A stretch of DNA of 64,000 nucleotides from the human T2T-CHM13v2.0 reference genome, Homo sapiens, in NCBI RefSeq assembly GCF_009914755.1, contig NC_060929.1; one strand, written 5' to 3'. Of the stretch, positions 54,790-64,000 are shown one piece after another (the first letter of the stretch is position 1; each line of letters opens with the position of its first letter). Below the pieces are notes generated by a model. That model was not told the DNA's origin and ran no database searches. It was given only the letters and a program-made list of their open reading frames with translations. The translations under genes and the position numbers were made by a program.

Positions 54790-54988
54790 CAGCATGTACA
54801 AAAACTAGCTGGCCCTCATTGATTTGTGCCTGGGAGAAGTTCTGAATGCTTTGGCTGGGAAAGGACTTAAGAGCCAAATGCCCATTGCTGGGTGTAGTGA
54901 CCCAGTAGGCCAGGTCCTGTGGAGAGGAGTCCCCATCTTCTGCACAGAGGTCACCACTGGTCATCTCAGTGAAAGAATTCATCAACAC
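54790..54988 (-). pseudogene. CSPG4BP: CSPG4-paralogue exon (CSPG4 exon 6 equivalent), 199 bp, splice donor mutated
   Basis: Acceptor ttctcttctttttaag|GTG. Translates VLMNSFTEMTSGDLCAEDGDSSPQDLAYWVTTPSNGHLALKSFPSQSIQNFSQAQINEGQLVFVHA(G), colinear with CSPG4 MWEG..DGDSGSEDLVYTIEQPSNGRV..FTQAQLDGGLVLFSHRG. The donor reads G|ctatgt instead of G|gt. Confidence 0.85.
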
Positions 54989-55659
54989 CTTAAAAAGAAG
55001 AGAATCACAGATCTTTTGAGGACCAATGTCAATCACATCACATTAGTAAACTGGATAGCAATGACGCCCTGTCTCCTTGGACAAAGATTTAAAATCCAAA
55101 GCAATTCACCAGAGTTTTTAAAGCATGAAGTTTCTTCATTTGAAACAGATGTATAATTAAATGTCAGGTGAAATACAAAGCCTGAAGTAGTGTTTAGTTA
55201 ATTTATGAGGTTTATGAGGTTTCAATAAAGAAATAGGATTCATAATTAATCCAATTTCATTATGTGAAGTGCATGTACATTTGTATAATGTAGAAAAACA
55301 CCAAAAATTGATGATGACTAAGCACCTTTTGTGTGCATGGCACATGCTGGATACTCTACATGGGGTCTCAGATAATTCAGAACCTATCTCATAGGATTGA
55401 TTTAAGGATTTCCATTCATTGCTGTAAGACGCAAATTATTTCACTAGCTTTTAAATGGTTGAGGGAAAAAAAACACACACACACTGCATATTTTTCTATC
55501 CTATTTGTCCTACCTGTCTTGCAAGAACACAAATATCTTGTTCTTATGGCCTTGCAATGTTTGCTGTGCTGATAGCACACATCTACAATTGTATCTGAGT
55601 ACTAGTTCCTGTTTTCCAATTACATTTAAAATCTATTTACATTGCCTAAACATCTTAAT

Positions 55660-56610
55660 TTAACGATTCATCAAGCATTTATTGAGCATTTACTATCTTC
55701 CAGACAATGTTCTGGGTGTTTGCTATACATCCGTAACCAAAAAAAGAGTCCTGTTCTCAGGAGCCTCCATTCCAGCAGGAAGGGACAAAGGGACACAGAG
55801 AAGAAACAATGGCATAATAAAGAAATGAATTAAACAATGTGTCAAAAAAAAGTCACAGCACTATGAAAAAAAAGAAAAAATAAAGCAAGATAAGGGGGGC
55901 CTCAGGAGTGAGCAAATGTTAAGTATGAGGTTCAGTTTGAGGAAAGACTGGAAGGAGGTGAAGAGGGAGCCAGTGAATATGTAAATATCTAGGGGAGGAC
56001 CATACAGGCAGAGGAAACAGCCCAAAGGCAGGCCTCATCTGTTGGGAGACTAGGAAATCGGTCAGTTGGAAGGAGCAGAATAAGCAAGATGAAGAGTAAA
56101 AGGAGATGAGTTGAAACATAATGAAGGTTGTCATATTGTTCGGGGTCTTGAACGCTACTGTAAAAACTCTGGTTCTTCCTTGAGTGCAATGATGGATCAT
56201 TGCAGAGTTTTAGGTGAGGAGTGACCTGGTCAGACTCATGTTTTCACAGAATCCTTTGGCTTCTGTATCAGGAATAGACTCTGGGAGGGACAAGGTAGAG
56301 GCAGAGAGACCAGTTAGGAGGTGACTACAATAATTCCAGAGAAGGATGACAGAAGAGAGTGGCCCCAGAAGTTGCAGAGGTGGTGGGAAGTGGCCAAATT
56401 CTGGGTGTCTGTTGAAGACAAAACCAGCCGAGCTTCTGGCTATTTCAATTTGGCGAGGTGTGAAAGAAGGAAAGGCGGTGAGAATGACTCTATGGTTTGG
56501 GCCTCAGAAACGAGGACAGGGTTACCATCAGTTGAGATAAGGAAAGCTGAATGTAGAGTAGATTTGGGGAGTAAGATCAGGAGTTCAGTTTTGAACATGG
56601 GTTTAAAATG
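55660..56610 (-). mobile_element. LINE-2 fragment
   Basis: ttcatcaagcatttattgagc..gagagaccagttaggagg..gatcaggagttcagttttgaacatg. Confidence 0.75.
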
Positions 56611-57379
56611 TTTATATGGACACTGAATCACATTTGATGGAATTTGGCTGTTTTGAGTTTCTCTAATCATGCAGCCACAGGATACTTCACTAACACTAAA
56701 GACAAGTAGTTTTGTCACTAACTCAAATTTCACATTTATATCTGTATTTGTATTTATATGTATTTTTCTTACCCACAGAAACACCATGTGCACATACCCA
56801 TGCATAAGAACTTTATCATCTTCTACGCTTTTTCATAACTTGTTTAAAAATTCAGTCCTAAATGACTTAATAGATGATCTCTCCAGTTAAAGAGAACCAT
56901 TTCCCTCAGTAGAAAGAGCAGTTTGTGAAATAACTTACTCCAATTAGATGATGGATGGCATCATCTAATAACTAAACAGAACTTGAGACAGGAAACTCAG
57001 AAAGTATATAAGATTCCTATGTTTTCATGTCAGGCATAATGGGGCTGGAAGATAATCCATTCTGCTTCCTTCTAATACACCAACTACTGATAACACAGGA
57101 AAAAAAACTACTTTGTGAATTATCCTTTAATTTCTTAAAAGTTAACAGATGAGACCATAAAGTAATTATACATAAATAAATACCCACATACTCCACATAT
57201 ATATACATGCGCATGCACACACACACACGAACTTACACTGCCAAACCAATGTTTAACTCCTCAAAGTAGTTATGTTGAAAAATAACATGTGCCAATAACA
57301 ATAACACTACTTGAAATTCTTTTAAAATTATTTTCAGGTTGTTCAAGAATGCTTGATTTAGTTTCTGTCCAGTTAAACC

Positions 57380-57580
57380 ACCTGGGTTTGGGTCACTGCT
57401 TTGTTGCTTACTATCTATATAACCTTGGGCACATTTCTTAACCTCTCTCTGCCTTAATTTCCTCATCAGTAAACTAGAAATGATAGAGCTGTTGCATAGA
57501 CTGAGTGACTTAATATATGAAAAGTGTTTAGAACTGTTTCATCAGGCACATAGTAAGCATTCAATAAATATTAGCTTTAT
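57380..57580. mobile_element. MIR
   Basis: ccttgggcacatttcttaacctctctctgccttaatttcctcatc..ggcacatagtaagcattcaataaatattagct. Confidence 0.7.
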
Positions 57581-58598
57581 ATGACCCATCTTCTTCATCA
57601 GATTTGGCTTTGAGGACAGATGTGACTTTTTAGTATTTCCAAAAAGTCACTTAGAGTGTGATTATTGCCATTATTGAGGCTATTCTATAACATGTACTGC
57701 AGATTTTGTTTAATCTTCCAGCATTCTTTCATAACTTGGGGTGAATAGTTTATCTGTTTAATAATTGTGTTGTTGATGGACATGCCTATATCTTGCCATT
57801 TGAATATGCCTACTGAAGATTTTGCAGCACTAAGCTCTAAGGACATCAGCTTTTAAATAGCTACCAGAAATGCGAATCAATACAACGTTCAAATAATAAG
57901 GTTTTGGCCTTCATTTAAACCCACAGAAAGGCTATAATAAAATGCGCAAGTTGGACTGTTTAACAAAATTCCAAGCCCACTCATTCTGGTTTTTCACTTT
58001 TTACATTTTTTAATCCATCCACATATCTCATCCTCATTTCTTCTAGAGCTCCAGCTGACTTGGAAATGTGCTGCCATTTCTCTTCTCGTGACTTGTAGAA
58101 ACAATCATTTTTTCCAAGGCCATACACACCAAGGCTGGACAAAGCATGTTTTCCACTGCAGCTACTCTGCTATGGAACACTGCTTTCCCTCCCTCTCGCC
58201 TCTGAAATATACCATCTTCCAAAACAAATGGAAAACCTGCCACTCAAAACAAGATCTAGTAGCCTCAGGTCTCATTTCCACTCAAACCAAATTTAGTTCA
58301 ATTAACGACCCCATTGCTTCAGGTAAGGCCTGATTTAGTGCCCAGTGCTTGGTAATGGAAACTTCAGGCAGATGAGGAGAAGGAAAACAAGGACCCCCAA
58401 TTTGAATTCAAATTTTAAAGTGATCCAAAGCCCAAAAAAGAATAGTTCAAAGCATAAATATCAGAAAATAACACAAACCTGGAATAATAATTTTTAAATT
58501 GACCTTTAGCTTTAAGAAGAGTTTAGTGGTATTTAGAAACCTAATTGTGATCCCATTTAATCCTAGTTGTAAACTTAATATTTAAAAGCCCAGACCTT

Positions 58599-58712
58599 TG
58601 GAGGCAGAGGTTGCAGTGAGCCGAGATCGTGCCACTGCACTTCAGCCTGGGTGACAGAGCAAGACTTCGTCTCAAAAAAAAAAAAAACAAACAAACAAAC
58701 AAAAACAACAAA
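58599..58712 (+). mobile_element. 5'-truncated Alu
   Basis: ggaggcagaggttgcagtgagccgagatcg followed by an A/(AAAC)n tail. TSD-like cccagacctttg/cctagacctttg. Confidence 0.9.
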
Positions 58713-60340
58713 ACCTAGACCTTTGTTGCGTTTCATACGAGGGATGTGAAATGCTCATGAATTCACTCTCCCACTGTTGGTCCCCCGAGAGCTTCAATTG
58801 GCATTTCAAACTTTGCTGCCTTAATTCTTCTACTGTGACCAGCTCTCAAAGCTCCTTTTAGTGATGACAAGTATTTCTCAAAAGCAAGCAAATGGTTCTA
58901 TTTTCAGTATAAAAACAACAAAACACAATGTATAGTATTACTGAAAGAGGAACTTGAAAAATAGGAAAATGAAGCCCCCTTGTGGACAAAAATATGTTTT
59001 ATCAGCTATGCACAAAATTCACTGATCATATTTGAATACAAAAATACTCAGTAGAATATATTTCAAAGTAAAATGCAAAGGATTCACCCAAGATGGCCTA
59101 ACTCCAATTCCCAATTCCAGTTTGTTGGGACACAAATGATCTCTTGTACCATTGAATGACCTTGGAGATCAGCTGAAAGAACTGTGGCTTAAGGAAATGT
59201 TTTAATTTGTCAGGAGAAAGAAGTGTGTTTTAAATGGTGGGACACAGAGGTTAACATTCTGATTGCTGGCTATGAACTCCCTCCAGAGTCTGAGATGTTA
59301 TCAGCAACTCTATCCCCCACGCTCCCACCTTCTTCTCCCACTTAGGCTGCAGACAGACTTTCTTGCCACCTCCTCCAGGCCCAGATGACAAGTAGGGAGA
59401 GTGAGTCATCATGCAGGATAATCCGAATGTCTTGAGAACATGCTGTTTGAAAAGTCAGAAACAGCACTGAATCTGAAGACTTTATCACATTTGCATTTGC
59501 ATAACTGCCTTTGCCCCAGACTCTGCCACTAACTTTGTTATTTTGGGCAAATCGCTTAACCTCTTGATCTTTAATTCCACCTTCTTAAAATTGGAATAAG
59601 AGCAATACTCTCTTTATCTGCTTCACCAGGTCCTTGAGCTTCTTCGCTAACTATGAAGGAAGAAGTGAGAGAACACTGTGGTTCCAAACTCAAACTCGCA
59701 TTCTAGCTCTGCCACTTGCTGTCCACCAGCAGCCCTTCTGCTTTGGACCTTGGAGAAGTGTCAAAGCCTCTCTGCATTGCAGATTTCTCATCTTTAAAAT
59801 AAAAATCATATCCCAGAGAGTTGTTGAAGATTCACTGGGTAAATGTAAAGCGCATAGAACAATGCCAGGCACTGTAAGTACTATGTAAGTAATAACTATC
59901 ATTAGGACCATGTAATGGACCATGTAAATGGTTGTTATTATTACTGTTTGATATGCTCTGAAATATAGAAATAAGAAACATCATCATCTGAAATAATCTC
60001 CTAAGTTTAAAACTTTGCCTGGAAAGAAGTAACTGGTAACCATAGCTTTGGAGAAACTATGTTATTGAAAACTGCATTCTCGTGGCTCTACTATGTTGAT
60101 AAAATGCATATGCTATATCTATTAGCTTTCACAAAAAAGTAAACACACCTGATGTGTGAAAATTATTTAATAATGTTAAAGGTTATCAATTTATGAGAAC
60201 ACTCTGCAATTGATCAATACACACAGTCTTTCCAGAAAGTTTCTATGCTCATTTGCCATTGTTATTACACATTCTAGTGGATAAAAGAGATACCACACTC
60301 CAATAAAAAATGAGGGGCAGATATTAAAAGGATGTTTTAA

Positions 60341-61089
60341 GGAATCGCCACACTGACTTCCACAATGGTTGAACTAGTTTACAGTCCCACCAACAGTGTA
60401 AAAGTGTTCCTATTTCTCCACATCCTCTCCAGCACCTGTTGTTTCCTGACTTTTTAATGATCGCCATTCTAACTGGTGTGAGATGGTATCTCATTGTGGT
60501 TTTGATTTGCATTTCTCTGATGGCCAGTGATGGTGAGCATTCCTCAAGGATCTAGAACTAGAAATACCATTTGACCCAGCCATCCCATTACTGGGTATAT
60601 ACCCAAAGGACTATAAATCATGCTGCTATAAAGACACATGCGCACGTATGTTTATTGCGGCACTATTCACAATAGCAAAGACTTGGAACCAACCCAAATG
60701 TCCAACAATGATAGACTGGATTAAGAAAATGTGGCACATATACACCATGGGATACCATGCAGCCATAAAAAATGATGAGTTCATGTCCTTTGTAGGGACA
60801 TGGATGAAATTGGAAATCATCATTCTCAGTAAACTATCGCAAGAACAAAAAACCAAACACCGCATATTCTCACTCATAGGTGGGAATTGAACAGTGAGAA
60901 CACATGGACAAAGGAAGGGGAACATCACACTCTGGGGACTGTTGTGGAGTGGGGGTAGGGGGGAGGGATAGCATTGGGAGATATACCTAATGCTAGATGA
61001 CGAGTTAGTGGGTGCAGCGCACCAGCATGGCACATGTATACATATGTAACTAACCTGCACATTGTGCACATGTACCCTAAAACTTAAAG

Positions 61090-61119
<30 letters not shown>
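60341..61119 (+). mobile_element. Short twin-primed LINE-1, L1PA3-like, with (TAA)n tail
   Basis: Inverted piece 60341-~60540, then the sense ORF2 end and 3'UTR to 61119. TSD aaaaggatgt(t/c)ttaa at 60326-60340 and 61120-61134. Confidence 0.93.
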
Positions 61120-61123
<4 letters not shown>

Positions 61124-62641
61124 GGATGTCTTAAATGTCATAAATTGCCTACACAGGCTATCAAAATCAGCAAGGCCAATTCCTGGATGCCTCTTGGCTC
61201 TTTTTCATCAAGTCTAAATTATGTTGACATTGTTAATAGCCATTGTGATTAAATCATAAAATTTCAGTGCACAAGACTTCATCATTCTAAAATCCTGACA
61301 GCAATTTCATTCACATTATACTGTAGACACAAGGAAAGCAACACTGTGATTATACACCCTAATCTACATCCCTTTTTCTTGGAATATTTAAAATTTCATA
61401 ATGTGTTATTTTTCTTCCTTCATAACTTTGGGCCACAACAGCAGTATATAAAGTGGATCAGTCAGGTTTGCAGACAGTGTGGCTGGTACTTCCATCCCAA
61501 CCTCCTTTCCTGCTGAAACGAACAAGGCAGAGGCGCAGGGTCAAGGGCAGTCAGGGTTAACCAGCAGGCAGGGCTGGGACCTTGAGGAGTCACAAGGAGA
61601 CTTCAAAGCTGAGGGCAACAAACCTGACTCCCCACCTAGAACACAGAGCCCTCTTACGTGTGGTAATGTATCCTGATAAAGCGGGACTTGGGGCTTGTTA
61701 TAGGCTGTGTCAACTCTAGCACTACTCTATAGTACCAGTTTCTAGTGTCCTGGTGGATAGAAGTTCTAGTAGATGAACTTCTGGGACTTGACTCAATCCC
61801 ATAAACATTATTATCCCAGATTATCCCAGAAACAGGTGGAGTGATGAAAAAATGTGTGATTCATATCTACAAAAGAATCTAGCTTTGCTAGGTCAGTAGC
61901 TTACAATGTTTTTTCATTAATACCAAAACTAAAGAATACATTTTTCAAAGCAACCTAGTATGCATATATATATTCTTATGTGTGTGTGTTTAAAACTCTA
62001 TATATATGAAGCAAAATTTTCACAAAAAACAATATTTACCCTCATTATACACAACACATTCTGATACTACCCATTCTATTTAATTTTTTAAAAAATTGGT
62101 TCTGACTCAATTAATTTCACAGCCCACGCCACAGGTTGCAAGTGGGGGCTCTGGGCAAAGACATCCTGGCCACAAGACCCGCCCGCTCTTCTAACCATAT
62201 GACTTTGGTCAAGTAACTTAACCTTTCTGTGCCCCAAGTCTGTTGCAGTCTTCATTTTATTTCAAGAGTCATTGAGAGAATTAAACGAGAAATCATTTAA
62301 TCATTTATGTGATACTTTTAGAACTGAGCCTGAGTCTTAGCAGGGGGTCAATAAGTGCTGGCCTGCTTCCCTGTCATTATCTCTGAAAGGCCTGTGGAAC
62401 AAAACTGTCTGGCGCTGGGGGGTCCTTATGCCCAGAAATCAACTCTCACCATGGAGAGATATCTATTCACTCTCCTCCTCCCTCCATCTGCTCCAGTCAC
62501 ATGAGCTTTCCATGTCGTCAAACACGCTCCAGACTCACTGTCTTTGCCCTTAATCATTCTTCTGCCTCGAGTGCTCTTCCCTCTAACATGCCTATGGCTC
62601 CTCACTTCCCAGTCTAATCACCCTCCCCCAGCTTCCCACCT

Positions 62642-63196
62642 TTACTCAGAAAAGAGTTCACCTCACAGGCTGAAGGTTGCCTGTCCTGAGAAAGCCCTGC
62701 TCAGAAGGTTGGCACTGCACTGGTATCTGGGAACTCGGCTATTAAACAGTTTCCCATGCTAATATAAAACTTCCCCTAAATTATAAGGGAGGCTTGCTGT
62801 GTCTAAATTGCTTGTATAAATAATGTGGTTTATGCTGGACACCCGCTTCCTTCTGGGGGCCAGGGATTTGGGTACATACTAAGCAGAGGGTGTCTACCTG
62901 ACTGGCTCCCAGTAAAAATCCTGGGCACTCAGTATCTCATGAGCTTCCCTTGTATCAACACTTTGCATGTGTCATGACAACTCGTTGCTGGAGGCATTAA
63001 GTGCATCCTAGGTGACTTTCCTGGAAAAGGACTCTTGGAGCTTGACCCAGTTTCCTCTGGACTTCACCCCATGTGCTGGTTCCCTTTGCTGATTTTGCTT
63101 CACATTTTTTACTGTAATAAATCTTAGCCATGAGTATGCTAAATCCTATGAGTCCTTGCAAATCAGTGGGGGAGATCTTCGGAGCCACCCACACAC
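62642..63196 (+). mobile_element. MER68-like LTR (ERVL) inserted in an L2 fragment
   Basis: cagaaaagagtt..tgtggtttatgctggacacc..acaactcgttgctggagg..ctgtaataaatcttagccatgag. Confidence 0.75.
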
Positions 63197-63825
63197 AAGC
63201 CTCCATGCAAATATCACCACCTTGAACAGACCTTCCCGGACCACCGTCTCTGTAGCATCGGTATTCTTTAATCACAATCATTCTCTATCTCCTCAACTGC
63301 TTTACTGAAGAGTAGAGCAGATCTCATTCCATTTATAAAATAATTGTATTGTCTTCCCTACCGAACATAAACTCCATGAAGGCATTAGGCACTCAGTATT
63401 TGTTGAGCCTCCATAATGTGCCAGATACCATGCCAGGCACTGAGGACACCACAGGGAAAAGACAGATAAAACTCCTTCCAAATGGAGCTTACATTTATGG
63501 GAGGAGACACAAAATAGATTTGTTTATTTGTTTAATATCAGAGGGTGGTGGGCACTAAAAAATATAATAAATAAGAGTCCGGGGATAAAGGATGGGATGG
63601 TGCTATTTCTTCTGGGGTGGTTAGAGAAGGCCTCTTTTGAGAGCATCACATCTAGAGGCTTGGGGAGCCATAGTCTAACCAGGCTACCTTCCCAGAGGAG
63701 GTAATACATCCACACTTAACGGGAAGCCCTCTAACTAAATTCTGTATCATATGACTAGAAATCAACAAAATTCCAAAAGGCATTATCCACAATAGTCATA
63801 ATTTAAACAAATAAAAAATTATTTG

Positions 63826-63886
63826 GCAAATAAGCTAAAACTTATTTAGCAAACAAGCTAAACTTATATAGCAAATAAGCTAAAAG
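63826..63886. repeat. Short ~23-24-bp tandem repeat (gcaaataagctaaaacttatwta)
   Basis: About 2.7 imperfect copies. Confidence 0.7.
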
Positions 63887-64000
63887 TCTTTGGGAAGACT
63901 TTCATTGAACAGCACGCCATGACCATTACTTAGAATTCAAGAAACCAATTATTGGGATTTCTTTCATTTAAAAAAAAATCAAGAAAGTCCTCCCAAAACT

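Noticed and set aside
59380-59440. IRIILHDDS (minus strand) as exon 5 of the pseudogene
   Set aside because: The similarity does not extend and there are no convincing splice sites.

Overview
Primate (human-like) genomic DNA, mostly interspersed repeats, with no intact protein-coding gene and nothing prokaryotic. The main non-repeat content is a decayed, intron-containing gene on the minus strand. It is a divergent paralogue of CSPG4/NG2 (CSPG repeats, a TM helix and a C-terminal QYWV PDZ motif), most likely the unitary pseudogene CSPG4BP. That name comes from recall, not from a search. I can reconstruct four exons, equivalent to CSPG4 exons 6, 8, 9 and 10: 54790-54988, 46683-46855, 25555-25738 and 21697-24905. 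The last exon is broken by a MER11 solo LTR, by a perfect 99-bp inverted copy of nearby intron sequence, and by frameshifts and stops. Two inverted L1PA4-like elements about 21 kb apart (1381-5209 and 26586-32751) share a block of apparently private inactivating mutations, including RT FADD->FADH and a 1-bp frameshift. Each keeps its own TSD, which points to ectopic gene conversion and a possible inversion hotspot. Also present: two twin-primed L1s, an L1PA2 fragment, older L1M/L2/MIR, Alus, MER41B/MER50/MER68/MST/MLT1 LTRs and DNA-transposon relics. I see no evidence for a wholly new biological system. The interesting signals are the gene-death history of this CSPG4 paralogue and the repeat-mediated mutational events. 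Repeat subfamily calls and CSPG4 comparisons are from remembered consensus sequences.
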